Position numbers and translations under genes: made by a program
Part shown: positions 49,368 through 59,093 of the stretch, one piece after another
Layout of the letters: the number at the start of each line of letters is the position of its first letter
Numbering within the stretch: position 1 is the first letter of the stretch
Notes under the pieces: model-generated
The model's input: only the letters and a program-made list of their open reading frames with translations
The model's database searches: none
Told to the model about the DNA's origin: nothing
Source of the DNA: a virus
Length of the DNA: 64,000 nt
IMG/VR virus record: IMGVR_UViG_3300045918_000145
Span: 3,872 to 67,871 of that record
Reading direction: 5' to 3' (one strand)

Positions 49368-49714
49368 ACGCCTTCCTGACTAACAACTAGTGTGTCTTGA
49401 ATAACTTCTTTCTTAAACTTCTTATCAGAGTTTCTAATCTCAACAGTAAGAAAGTAAGTTCCATTTGGTATATTTGGACCACCATCAGAAATAGGATCAA
49501 TGATGAGTCTGAACTGACCTGGGATATTAGTTGTACCATTAGTACCATCCCAAGGAATAAGAGTACCGCTAGCTACAGAAGTCAAATCTGCCAGAGCAGT
49601 TTTAACTGTCCAACTAGCAAACCATGTTCCAGGCCATACTTTATTCACTGGAGCTATACTACATTTGACATCTAACCAAAAACTATCTCCATGCTTATGA
49701 GGCCATGTAGTCAT
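49364..49714 (-). CDS. Small tail-associated beta-rich protein
   Basis: KHGDSFWL...; AGGAG RBS. Confidence 0.5.
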   Translation of the reverse strand: MTTWPHKHGDSFWLDVKCSIAPVNKVWPGTWFASWTVKTALADLTSVASGTLIPWDGTNGTTNIPGQFRLIIDPISDGGPNIPNGTYFLTVEIRNSDKKFKKEVIQDTLVVSQEGV

Positions 49715-49723
49715 ATCTATCTC

Positions 49724-51070
49724 CTATGCTAAATTACAATATACTCTAGGAATTGAGAATGTTATTCCTGCTATTGTTCTATCTGCTCGTACTGATGGAA
49801 GAGCAGGTACAAGAAATGTTGTAATGTCATTAGCACTAACGCCTTCTACTACAGTTGCTCCAATCGAGTATAGAACTTCACAAATTGTAGCAGAAAATAA
49901 TTCCTCTGTAACTGCTACATTGAACACCTCAATAGTCTTACCTTCCTGAGTAGCTTCAATAGCAGCTATGGATTCCTGTACGTCACCTACGAAAACTATT
50001 GATACATTATCCGATATGTTTAAAGCAACAAGAGATTCAACTATATTTCCGGTGAATGATTTTAATACTATTTGCGTAGTAGTTATTCCTGTAACGGATT
50101 CAGTAATAGTACTGACTGTTACCTTTAATCCATCCTGTACTGTGGTAAGCCCTGTGAGGCTCTCTAGGATAGCACCGTATACTACGGCAAGGACTGTATT
50201 GCTATGACCTGCCTGAGAGAGTGATTCTGTAACTGCACCACTAACTGAGAAGATGCCTATCGGGGTTGCATTAACTATTGAGAGCGATTCTGTTACAACT
50301 CCACCAAATGATGTTAAGCCAATAGCAATAGCATTAGCTGAGGCTAGAGACTCATTGGCTACGCCCACATATACAGGTGTGCCTGTCTGAGTCGTATTAG
50401 ATGAACTGATTGATTCAGTAATTGAATCTGATACTGTAAATATTCCTGTTTGTAAACCATCAACACTGCTAAGTGATTCTGAGATAACTGATCCAAATGT
50501 GACTAGCACAGATTGTGTACTATTGGCTGAGGATAAACTCTCGCTTACTGATGCACCAAATATAACTATACCATCCTGAACTGTAGTTGAAGACGCTATA
50601 GATTCAGTAATTGAATTCACATAAGCCATTCCACCAATCTGAGTATCACTAACTGCTGAGAGACTCTCTGTTATTGATGGATAGAAATTAGCTTGTGTAA
50701 CTTGTGCGCCATTCAGTGTGTTAGTGGATTCAGTTATTAAAGATCCAAATGCAGCGAGAACCGTTTGTGTACCATTAACTATAGATAAAGATTCTGTTAT
50801 AACTGAGGGTACTGAACTTACACCTAATTGTGTACCATCAATTGTTGATAATGACTCTATTATAGTATCTGTAAATATCTGAGTATTGGGATATGTCTGT
50901 GTGTCTAAAAGTGATGATAGTGATTCTGATACTACTGATGTGAAAACAGTTTGTATTGATTTAGTATCAAGTAGTGCTGATATGGATTCTGTAATAGTAA
51001 CATTGAATACTTGCGGGCCACCAGTTCCTGCAGCAAAAGCAGCACTAAACGCAGAACTAAAAGAACTCAT
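49724..51070 (-). CDS. Fibre protein built from ~19 tandem 21-aa 'ITESLS' repeats
   Basis: Visible periodicity with an invariant Glu in each unit. Confidence 0.7.
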   Translation of the reverse strand: MSSFSSAFSAAFAAGTGGPQVFNVTITESISALLDTKSIQTVFTSVVSESLSSLLDTQTYPNTQIFTDTIIESLSTIDGTQLGVSSVPSVITESLSIVNGTQTVLAAFGSLITESTNTLNGAQVTQANFYPSITESLSAVSDTQIGGMAYVNSITESIASSTTVQDGIVIFGASVSESLSSANSTQSVLVTFGSVISESLSSVDGLQTGIFTVSDSITESISSSNTTQTGTPVYVGVANESLASANAIAIGLTSFGGVVTESLSIVNATPIGIFSVSGAVTESLSQAGHSNTVLAVVYGAILESLTGLTTVQDGLKVTVSTITESVTGITTTQIVLKSFTGNIVESLVALNISDNVSIVFVGDVQESIAAIEATQEGKTIEVFNVAVTEELFSATICEVLYSIGATVVEGVSANDITTFLVPALPSVRADRTIAGITFSIPRVYCNLA

Positions 51071-51073
51071 AAC

Positions 51074-52357
51074 TTAGTAGTCCGATTCAAGTGACCATCT
51101 ATTTAAACCAATATTACAAATAGCTGCTGTCGCGTTATTATTCACATTCACTTGTGGAGCGAGTAACGCAGTGGTCAATGGAATGTTTGTGGTAAGTGTA
51201 CCAGACACAGATACACCGTTGACCATGTTGGTTATACGATAGCCTATATTGCCGCCAGGAGCACAATAAAATATTGCTTCAATTACGCTGGCAATAGTCA
51301 GTGCAAAATTTGTTGCGCCAAGGTCAATAGCAGTCATGGTAGTCGTGCCATCACCAGCACATATAAATAGGTTTCCTGCTGATGCTGCAAGAGTACAGCA
51401 CACGCCAACTCTTGCTGTTACAATGGTTTTAAATTCAGAGTTAGCAACAAGAGTTAAGGAGTTGATCAAACCAACAAAGATCCTCTGCGTAACACCTATT
51501 GTTCCACCTATAGCACCCATAGTGAATCTGGATACAAAGAAGAATCCACCCGATCTGTGAGCTTCATATTGTGGGCAGAATAGTCCAGCTGCTGCTGCGG
51601 CTGTTGCAGCGGTAGGGATGTTGATGAATCGCATCTTACCTTTAACAGTACCGTCACCAACCATCGGAATTTGAACTCCAGTTCCGGTTTGGGTGCAGGT
51701 GGTATTCATAAACGCAAAAGTAGTTGCCGCACCTACCATTGCTGATTTGAGTCCATTCAATGCGAGAATAGATTGAAATGGGTTATCCACACCAGATGGT
51801 CCAATCCATTTAGGCAAGACCCGATCAGCGATGATCTTGGCATATACTTGGAGCATTCCCGCTTTAGCAGGGGGATCTATTAACATGGGTTGATAAAACT
51901 GGATTGATGCATGAGGATATTCAGAGTAGACCTTGTTGATTACCCAACCCGCACCGTCCCAGCATATCTGCATACCCGTATTGATAAGATTGGCAGCTGC
52001 CCAAGGAAGGGTGTATGTAGTCGTGCCGGAACCGCCTGTGAATGTAGCAGAAATAGTTAGTGACAATGAGTTAGTAGATGCCACGCAGATAAGGTCAATG
52101 GTCTGTCCAAGAACAGAACCATTGACAACAGTAGCAATATCCGCATCACCATCACCATCAGTGGTTATGTCACATCGCTCCACATATAATACCTGTGCAG
52201 AAACACCGGCAGTGATAGTAAGCGGAACAGCAGTGCCTGTATGCGCCGCAGTGCAGGTTGATATGATTTGAATTAGGGCGGCATTCCACTCATTAACATC
52301 AGTGTTGGTAGCATCACCATCCTGGGTCTGCATATTTACAAAAGCATGTCTTGGCAT
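51074..52357 (-). CDS. Tail/fibre protein with a C-terminal beta-sandwich
   Basis: A/T/G-rich; located in the fibre module. Confidence 0.55.
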   Translation of the reverse strand: MPRHAFVNMQTQDGDATNTDVNEWNAALIQIISTCTAAHTGTAVPLTITAGVSAQVLYVERCDITTDGDGDADIATVVNGSVLGQTIDLICVASTNSLSLTISATFTGGSGTTTYTLPWAAANLINTGMQICWDGAGWVINKVYSEYPHASIQFYQPMLIDPPAKAGMLQVYAKIIADRVLPKWIGPSGVDNPFQSILALNGLKSAMVGAATTFAFMNTTCTQTGTGVQIPMVGDGTVKGKMRFINIPTAATAAAAAGLFCPQYEAHRSGGFFFVSRFTMGAIGGTIGVTQRIFVGLINSLTLVANSEFKTIVTARVGVCCTLAASAGNLFICAGDGTTTMTAIDLGATNFALTIASVIEAIFYCAPGGNIGYRITNMVNGVSVSGTLTTNIPLTTALLAPQVNVNNNATAAICNIGLNRWSLESDY

Positions 52358-52369
52358 CTATTACTCCAA

Positions 52370-52573
52370 TTATGCTATATCTTGGTTAGTAGCCTTTTCG
52401 AGTATAGACTCAAGGAAGAAGTTTTCTTTTACTTCACCATCTGCATCAGTATAACGCAGTTTAAAATAAACATCAGTCTCACCTTCAACTATCTTCGCAC
52501 CAATTACTTCAGCATTTTTGATAACAAACTTTACCTCGTTAACTCTATCACCATTCTGATATGCTAATGCCAT
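52370..52573 (-). CDS. Small SH3-like fibre-module protein
   Basis: YQNGDRV...YTDADGEVKENFF; AAGGAG RBS. Confidence 0.55.
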   Translation of the reverse strand: MALAYQNGDRVNEVKFVIKNAEVIGAKIVEGETDVYFKLRYTDADGEVKENFFLESILEKATNQDIA

Positions 52574-52586
52574 GACTATCTCCTTT

Positions 52587-52610
52587 AAAAAGAAGGGGCA
52601 TTGCTGCCCC
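52587..52610 (-). terminator. Rho-independent terminator
   Basis: GGGGCA-gcaa-TGCCCC followed by TTCTTTTT on the minus strand. Confidence 0.7.
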
Positions 52611-52617
52611 CGTTCAA

Positions 52618-53304
52618 TTATGCTCTGGTTACAGAAGCGGTATAGGTTACATTCAATGTATCGTTGAGAGCAATGGTTTTAGAACCGCCAGTGAATGCGC
52701 CCGCAGAATACAGAACACCGGCAGTTGAACCCTGAGTAGCAGCTGCACCTGAACCAGTTACGAGGAAGCAACCAAGAACTGTACCACCACCAGATGCACC
52801 AGTGAATACAACAGTGCCTGTAGCTTTAGTTGAAGTTGTACCTGGAGTTACAGAACCCCATGCTCCAGCAGATACACGAGCAGCAACAACAGTAGTAGCT
52901 GCTTCAGTGAATCCTGCATGTGAAGCCATTGTGTCAGCATCAGTAGGTGTACCTGCTGTGTACAAACCAACGTAAGGAGCACCAAGAGTAGCACCTGAGT
53001 TACTGATTGCACCAAGTATGAAAGCCATACCTTCACGAGTAACCAGATTCTCAATGATGTCTTCCCATTTGAATTCAACCATAGGAAGCATCTTAGCCTG
53101 AAGAACTGCAACTAGAGAAGCTATGTCATTCTCAACAGCAATATCATACTGTTCTTTGAGTGCGGCATACTCTTCACGAAACTCATCTTTAGGTCCGTAG
53201 CATGTAACCTTATACGAACCAGCTACACCAGCAGCATCAACCGATCCTGCACCCTGAGCTACACTTGCTACTGCACTGCTATCAATATTCCCAGACTCTT
53301 CCAT
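52618..53304 (-). CDS. Structural protein of the fibre module
   Basis: KWEDIIENLVT, YVGLY, HAGFTE, DTLNVTYT; its own terminator suggests high copy number. Confidence 0.6.
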   Translation of the reverse strand: MEESGNIDSSAVASVAQGAGSVDAAGVAGSYKVTCYGPKDEFREEYAALKEQYDIAVENDIASLVAVLQAKMLPMVEFKWEDIIENLVTREGMAFILGAISNSGATLGAPYVGLYTAGTPTDADTMASHAGFTEAATTVVAARVSAGAWGSVTPGTTSTKATGTVVFTGASGGGTVLGCFLVTGSGAAATQGSTAGVLYSAGAFTGGSKTIALNDTLNVTYTASVTRA

Positions 53305-53331
53305 TTTATACTCCTTTATAACTGCTATGTA

Positions 53332-54066
53332 TTAAACCCAACCATTACTTTTAAATGTAGCTCTTTCAGTCCTATCCTGTAGAGGTAAACCATACATACC
53401 TAACTTTTGGCAAGCCAATTCATATGACTGTTCATACGTAGCACTCTTATCAGCGTTAGCAGTAGAATCATTCGCACCCATAGGTTTGAATGTCTTGGCC
53501 GCTATATATGCTACTAGAGGATCAATGATATTCTCATCTATGTTCAACTCATACGTATCTGGATCATACAAGGTAGACGCAACTAGTTTAGTTGGATATG
53601 ACTGATACACAATATTTATTGTTTGTGCAATGGTAATGTTTGTAATTTGTAAAGTATCTTTAGCAAGAGAAACAATTACAGGATAGAGATAAGGCTCATC
53701 AAGATTTGGCGGATTATAATTCATACGTATTTCATTGCCACTAGAGTCATACACATTAAGGACTTTAATTATATTTAGAAAGCCTTCAGTGTAATCTGGT
53801 ATTTCAATATACTGATCAACTGTTATGTTGGCTGGAATTATTGCTCGACTAGAACGTAAGTAATAGTTTCTAGTTTCAGGAGTGATATGTAAAACCAATT
53901 CATTCTCTAGTAACTTGAATCGTTTATATATCTCAACGATACCGAGATTGATCAGGTTACAAACCTTTTCGTAGTGCTCCTCTTTAAGCACACCATCAGT
54001 ACCACTGAGAGTTGTATTAGCAAACACACCAGTAGTGAGCATATTAAACAGATCTGTCAAAATCAT
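53332..54066 (-). CDS. Head-tail adaptor (N4 gp67-like)
   Basis: INLGIVEIYKRF...; synteny downstream of terL. Confidence 0.75.
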   Translation of the reverse strand: MILTDLFNMLTTGVFANTTLSGTDGVLKEEHYEKVCNLINLGIVEIYKRFKLLENELVLHITPETRNYYLRSSRAIIPANITVDQYIEIPDYTEGFLNIIKVLNVYDSSGNEIRMNYNPPNLDEPYLYPVIVSLAKDTLQITNITIAQTINIVYQSYPTKLVASTLYDPDTYELNIDENIIDPLVAYIAAKTFKPMGANDSTANADKSATYEQSYELACQKLGMYGLPLQDRTERATFKSNGWV

Positions 54067-54091
54067 AATAGTGCGTCCTTAGTATAAATTT

Positions 54092-55684
54092 TTAAACAAC
54101 ATACGAGGATAATCCAGAACCGTCAACTATTTCTTCATCATCAATATCCCACATGTCACCTTTAGTCTTTGACAACTTTGTTTCTTCAGATGGTCGCCAT
54201 ACCTTCAATGAGGACAGCATTGATATTGTATCCAGGCAATCATCATGCTTAGACTTCATTCCTGCAGCAGATACCAGTGACAATTCAGTGATGTGTTCTT
54301 GTACAAACGGAGTATCTTTTAACTCTTTAGGATAGAACATCAGATGAGATTTAAACCAAGGAACAACAATATTGAATCTTACCATCTTATTTGTGTTTGG
54401 TCGAATGCCCGCAGTAGTTGAATGACCTTCAGTAGCCAGATTGAAATATGAATTCCTGTCTAACATCTGTCCTTGAATCCAAGGTATAAAGCCACCTTGC
54501 TGACCGCTTACCTCAATGCCTACCTGCTGAGGACTGTACACCTGAGCCAATCTAAACAAGTCATCAATGTTCTTATCCATTGTCTGTCGTTTGCAGATAC
54601 CATCAACTAGAAAGAAGAATCCTTTATTGTTCACAGCCCACACAGATATAACTGAGTAGTCAGCTGATTGTTTCTCACTGGTTGCAAAGTCAGTAGTGAT
54701 ATAGAAATTGAATCTGGATTTGTTTGCCAATAAAGTTGATCGGTCATACCACAGGATATCACTGTCTTCAATTAACCGATCTTCCTCACTCATAATCCTG
54801 AGCATCAATTCCTGATTGAAGTCAGCAATCTTACCCTGAGCTAAAGCAAAATCATATTGACGCTTTACATATAAGTAAGGAAAGCGACTATCCCATGCGC
54901 CTCTGAAATCTTCTTCAGTACAGGGAAATTGACTACACACAGGGAACACGTTGACCTTCCATGCTCCTGACTCGACTGCCTTATATAAAGGATCCCGCGC
55001 ATTGAATGGAGTGCCTGACCATATGATTTTAGATTTGGTTGGATGTAATGCGAAGTTGACAGCCTTGTTTACAGTAGCTTCTATGGACGCTATGACTGTT
55101 TCAGATCTTGCATCCTCATCAGATATCAAGTCATCCAATACAGCAAGCTGAGGACGCACACCCATCTCTTTACTACCACGAACACCTGTCTTTGCTCCGT
55201 AACCTTTGACGATAAACGTCTGACCATCTATGTTTGTGAACTCCCACCTGATATCAGTAAGTCTGACTTCAGGAAGATAACGCATAAGGAATTCACTATT
55301 CTCACGTCTGAACTCTAAGTTCTTACGCATGTTCTTGACACCGTTCTCAATACTGTCTGATACGTACAAAGCTAGATTGATCTTACCAAATCCAGGTATC
55401 TCACCATACACAGCAATGTACAAATACAGGTACTCAGCCATAAGTGTAGTCTTGGCTGAACCACGAAAACAAAGATTAACTATCTTCTGATCAGGCCCAT
55501 GAATATTATCCAGCATCCTAAGATGAGTAACCGGAGTTTCATGTTCTTCACCAGCTGCACCATTAACCATCTTGATAAAGTTAACAAACTCAAGAGCAAA
55601 TGAGTCAGGAATATAGAATTCATCATTACCATAATCAACAGAGTTAAGCCATTCAATAACAGTCTGCTTTAGATATCCACTCAT
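54092..55684 (-). CDS. terL: Terminase large subunit (N4 gp68-like)
   Basis: FRGSAKTT, RPQLAVLDDL, GTPF, TTDFATS, HDDCLDTISML; 530 aa. Confidence 0.96.
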   Translation of the reverse strand: MSGYLKQTVIEWLNSVDYGNDEFYIPDSFALEFVNFIKMVNGAAGEEHETPVTHLRMLDNIHGPDQKIVNLCFRGSAKTTLMAEYLYLYIAVYGEIPGFGKINLALYVSDSIENGVKNMRKNLEFRRENSEFLMRYLPEVRLTDIRWEFTNIDGQTFIVKGYGAKTGVRGSKEMGVRPQLAVLDDLISDEDARSETVIASIEATVNKAVNFALHPTKSKIIWSGTPFNARDPLYKAVESGAWKVNVFPVCSQFPCTEEDFRGAWDSRFPYLYVKRQYDFALAQGKIADFNQELMLRIMSEEDRLIEDSDILWYDRSTLLANKSRFNFYITTDFATSEKQSADYSVISVWAVNNKGFFFLVDGICKRQTMDKNIDDLFRLAQVYSPQQVGIEVSGQQGGFIPWIQGQMLDRNSYFNLATEGHSTTAGIRPNTNKMVRFNIVVPWFKSHLMFYPKELKDTPFVQEHITELSLVSAAGMKSKHDDCLDTISMLSSLKVWRPSEETKLSKTKGDMWDIDDEEIVDGSGLSSYVV

Positions 55685-56385
55685 AGAATTGCATCCGATA
55701 TGTCAGCATTAGTGATAAGTTTACTTTGAGCTACAGTCTTAACTGACATGGAACCACTCTCAATCATCTGTCTCTGCTGTCTTGCCAATGCCATAGTAGT
55801 TTCTCGTAACTCTTGAATGGTAGAGTCTTCTTTAACACCAATACTCAACTCTACTTTCTTTATCTCAGGTGGCTTGAGAGTAAGCAGTAGATTAGCAGCA
55901 GCATCACTCCTAACCTTCTCACTCTTAGCGTTCATCATCAGGTCAGCCTGTACATTGATCGCCTTCTGGTACAGAGGAGCATTCAAGATATGAGTAGGCA
56001 TCATGGTTTGACCCATGAGCAATACAACCAACTTACTACTTGCATACCTTGAACATATAGCACCAATCTCAGATCTATCAACATTCCTTTGAATCAGATC
56101 ATTATATCTAACAGGGAATGTCTTAGCCCAGGATGTTGTTTGATTATCACCAAGCAATCTATGACTAACAAACTTCACAGCACTCAGGTAATCAGTGATC
56201 TTAAACTTACCTTCACTCATTACACTAGTCAAGCCAATCACATTCTCTCTGAACACAGCCAGCTGTTCAGGATCAGCAATAGCAGTATTGATAACATCCA
56301 CCAACTCAGGATTAATATTCTTCCTGACGTGAGGTGGCATTGCATCTCTGAATTCTTCAATGGTAATAGGATCAGCGTATGACAT
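55681..56385 (-). CDS. N4 gp69-like protein (putative terminase small subunit)
   Basis: YLSAVKFVSH, AKSEKVRSDAAANLLLTLKPPE; start refined. Confidence 0.8.
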   Translation of the reverse strand: MSYADPITIEEFRDAMPPHVRKNINPELVDVINTAIADPEQLAVFRENVIGLTSVMSEGKFKITDYLSAVKFVSHRLLGDNQTTSWAKTFPVRYNDLIQRNVDRSEIGAICSRYASSKLVVLLMGQTMMPTHILNAPLYQKAINVQADLMMNAKSEKVRSDAAANLLLTLKPPEIKKVELSIGVKEDSTIQELRETTMALARQQRQMIESGSMSVKTVAQSKLITNADISDAIL

Positions 56386-56860
56386 TACTATCTCCTCCAC
56401 ACTGATTCCACAGGTGCTCTGCTTCATCATGATCCCTACAGCGTATCAGATCTGGATTGATAACGTAAGTCTTTCTGAAGTCAGTGAAGTGATACTTTAA
56501 CTTTTCATCAGTCTTATGAGGAATGAACTGACTGGTCAGACCTCGTATTAAACCAACAGACTTAAGCTCAGCAATGTTCCTACTTAGTGTTTCCTTGTCA
56601 GTCTTATCCATCTCTGTAACTGCCACGTAGTTACAAACATTATTATTCAAAGACCGATTATACTTCAAGTTATTAAACACACTGAAGGCTCGCTTACTTA
56701 CTTTATCCAATAGATCAAACACATCTTCAGCCATAGTCTTCACCTTTGCATTAGTCATAGGGCCAATAACAGAGAAGGGCACACGTATCTTATTTACGCT
56801 CCTTCTCCGTATCAGTACCTCAGAGGTTTCTTCATTATACGTTACTTTACCAAAGCTCAT
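56372..56860 (-). CDS. Winged-HTH protein, RepL-like
   Basis: TLSRNIAELKSVGLI...YVINPDLI; ATGA-coupled start. Confidence 0.45.
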   Translation of the reverse strand: MSFGKVTYNEETSEVLIRRRSVNKIRVPFSVIGPMTNAKVKTMAEDVFDLLDKVSKRAFSVFNNLKYNRSLNNNVCNYVAVTEMDKTDKETLSRNIAELKSVGLIRGLTSQFIPHKTDEKLKYHFTDFRKTYVINPDLIRCRDHDEAEHLWNQCGGDSNVIR

Positions 56861-57126
56861 CCTACGACAACCCAATCCTCAGCAAGTATATCAGTCTGTG
56901 ACGCAAGCCAAGGAACAACATTATCTTGAGCAGTCTTCATAGCAAGATAAGCACTATACGGAACTAGGTCATCTTTGAATACACCATTCATTGTACCAAA
57001 CTTATTACCACTAGCAGGATACACATTCTCAGGAACATAATAAATAAACATGCCCTTACCATTCCAACCAAACCTGGCTATCTTTTGCCCTTGCTTCAAT
57101 AGAACTAACGCATCTCCAAAATTCAT
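56857..57126 (-). CDS. DUF2829 / Tad2-like protein (89 aa)
   Basis: MNFGDAL..LKQGQKIARFGWNGKGMFI...VPWLASQTDILAEDW. Confidence 0.85.
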   Translation of the reverse strand: MNFGDALVLLKQGQKIARFGWNGKGMFIYYVPENVYPASGNKFGTMNGVFKDDLVPYSAYLAMKTAQDNVVPWLASQTDILAEDWVVVG

Positions 57127-57127
57127 G

Positions 57128-57283
57128 TTACTTCTCCTTAGCTGACATTGCTGTGAACTCAATGTTATGAATCGCCATTGTTAGTGCTCCAATGATTTCC
57201 AGATGAGTAAGATCCCCAGTAACAGCAATAGATAATGAGTTGTCTTCACCCATTGATACAATGATACTTCCTGTGTTAGTCAT
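57128..57283 (-). CDS. Small hypothetical protein (51 aa)
   Basis: Translated by hand; AGGAG RBS. Confidence 0.5.
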   Translation of the reverse strand: MTNTGSIIVSMGEDNSLSIAVTGDLTHLEIIGALTMAIHNIEFTAMSAKEK

Positions 57284-57500
57284 AACCTTCTCCTTTTAGT
57301 GCTTGGTTTTATATTCCCATTGTAACTATTTTACAATGGGTTTATTACTTCAGGAGGTTTCTATACAAACCCGCCCTTGTAACTACCTAAAATATAATAT
57401 AATTTTTTTCACTTTTTGCTATATATATACTCTCCTGCCACTACGCACTACGTTCGCTTCGCTCACTTGTGCTCGTGTCAGTCGAGTGAATAACCCAACC

Positions 57501-57695
57501 CTACCTCTCATCAAACCATCTGCCTACAGTCTCTTGCTTCATTACGAATACCTTACCTTCATAATGAACAACAGTCATACTCATAAGAACTCCATCATCC
57601 ATAGGCTGAGTAACATTCTCTAGCGTACCAAGTAACAGAAGCTCAGGCATTATGTCTTTAGGTATTACATATAACTTAGGGTCTAAATCCAACAT
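57501..57695 (-). CDS. Hypothetical protein
   Basis: GGAG RBS. Confidence 0.45.
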   Translation of the reverse strand: MLDLDPKLYVIPKDIMPELLLLGTLENVTQPMDDGVLMSMTVVHYEGKVFVMKQETVGRWFDER

Positions 57696-57696
57696 A

Positions 57697-57942
57697 TCAA
57701 AACTCCGGTGGCAATACAGTCAGTATTGAGCCGTACACAATTGTATCTCTGATGATTCCATTGATATCAATCTGCTGAAACGCAGCACCCAACAGAAACA
57801 ACTCAGCCTTTTCTTCCTTACTCATATTCATAGTCAGCTCATCTATACGAGTAACACCATGCCGCTTACACAGCATACGCTTAATCCAGTAAGCTGATAT
57901 CTTCTCATTGAAGTCTGATGTCAATCCAGTAAATGATTCCAT
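57697..57942 (-). CDS. Hypothetical protein
   Basis: First gene of the leftward block. Confidence 0.45.
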   Translation of the reverse strand: MESFTGLTSDFNEKISAYWIKRMLCKRHGVTRIDELTMNMSKEEKAELFLLGAAFQQIDINGIIRDTIVYGSILTVLPPEF

Positions 57943-58250
57943 GTCTATAAGCTACACATCTTGTATCTATATTACAAGAGAATTCTTTCCATTGTATAAT
58001 ACATACACGATAGTCTAGGCTAAGTATTTGATATCACTCACATTAATGTAAAATATATGAACCGAAACTTTTTAGAAAGAAACATAATCTAGGTACGAGT
58101 CCAGTACTTGATGCGCAGCATCACAATCTAAAACCAACCCCCCCGGATCGAAAAACAATCGGCTAACGATTTTACAGTTCTATAAGCACACAGGCAAACC
58201 TTGCCACAGCTTGGTACATTGTACCTATCTTACATGTAAGGAGACATCTC

Positions 58251-58478
58251 ATGAATGTCACAACTCACGAAGTAGAAGCACCTGGGCTATGCCCTTCGTT
58301 CATCAGGCCTTATCTTAAGGCTATTGAGAACATCGGCACTATTGCCGAGAACATTACAGCAACTGGTGTTGTTGTATCACAGGCGGCACTTGCTGCTGCC
58401 GAACTGTCTAAAGCAATGATCGAATTGCGTTTAGCAGAAGTAACTGGTCAGCTTACACCACGTGCAAGCTTGACCTAA
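58251..58478 (+). CDS. First early protein, hypothetical
   Basis: AAGGAG RBS; followed by a UUCG hairpin. Confidence 0.6.
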   Translation: MNVTTHEVEAPGLCPSFIRPYLKAIENIGTIAENITATGVVVSQAALAAAELSKAMIELRLAEVTGQLTPRASLT

Positions 58479-58480
58479 AC

Positions 58481-58509
58481 ATGTAGCCTACCTTCGGGTA
58501 GGCTTACAT
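58481..58509 (+). terminator. Terminator-like hairpin with UUCG tetraloop
   Basis: AGCCTACC-TTCG-GGTAGGCT. Confidence 0.65.
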
Positions 58510-58608
58510 TCTTTGTGTCACACACAAACATCTAATCTACTACACACATCTACTGCACACAGCATCAGATAGTATCTTAAAGATAGTATCTGTATAGTGT
58601 ATTAAGTT

Positions 58609-58624
58609 AAAACCTTTTCATAGT
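58609..58624 (+). promoter_or_regulatory. Early-region motif AAAACCT(T/C)TTCATAG, copy 1
   Basis: Repeated at 58961, 59244 and 60517, each upstream of an RBS. Confidence 0.65.
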
Positions 58625-58668
58625 TTGGTAGCTTGTCTACCTATATCTATATCTCTGGAGGTTTCACC

Positions 58669-58923
58669 ATGAAATCAATCACTATCGTTGGCGTTAATGC
58701 TATTGGCGAGCCTGTCAAGCTTGCCAAAGAAGTTGTCAGTTTCACTGACTCTAAGAACTACTTCAAAGTTACTTTGAATGTTAGTTCAGTAACTGTCACT
58801 ACTCCTAAAGGAGTATATCAGTTAGAGAAGCATCCAACCCTGAATATCTATCAGGGCAAATGCGGTGATACTAAGACTCATGTGAGTCTTAAGAAGATCG
58901 TTGGCGAGATTCGTTACTGGTAA
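58669..58923 (+). CDS. Early hypothetical protein
   Basis: Start refined to the ATG after GGAGG. Confidence 0.6.
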   Translation: MKSITIVGVNAIGEPVKLAKEVVSFTDSKNYFKVTLNVSSVTVTTPKGVYQLEKHPTLNIYQGKCGDTKTHVSLKKIVGEIRYW

Positions 58924-58960
58924 GCTATTGCCCACCTTGTGTGGGCTTAGCTTCTTATTT

Positions 58961-58976
58961 AAAACCTCTTCATAGA
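58961..58976 (+). promoter_or_regulatory. Early-region motif, copy 2
   Basis: AAAACCTCTTCATAG. Confidence 0.6.
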
Positions 58977-59005
58977 TAGGTATCTATCAAACTAAAGGAG
59001 ATATT

Positions 59006-59083
59006 ATGAAATGTATCTACGTTACTCAATGCATGTATAAAACTAAATCAGGCAATTGCGTATGCAAGCGTTGCCGTAAATAA
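59006..59083 (+). CDS. 25-aa Cys-rich mini-protein MKCIYVTQCMYKTKSGNCVCKRCRK
   Basis: TAAAGGAGATATTATG start context. Confidence 0.5.
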   Translation: MKCIYVTQCMYKTKSGNCVCKRCRK

Positions 59084-59093
59084 AGGAGATATT

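Noticed and set aside
49724-51070. CRISPR-like periodicity of about 63 nt
   Set aside because: The repeats are conserved at the protein level with degenerate DNA; there are no identical repeats or spacers and no cas genes.
57303-57623. 106-aa plus-strand ORF in the terminal region
   Set aside because: No RBS, it overlaps a minus-strand gene, and it spans AT-rich regulatory sequence.
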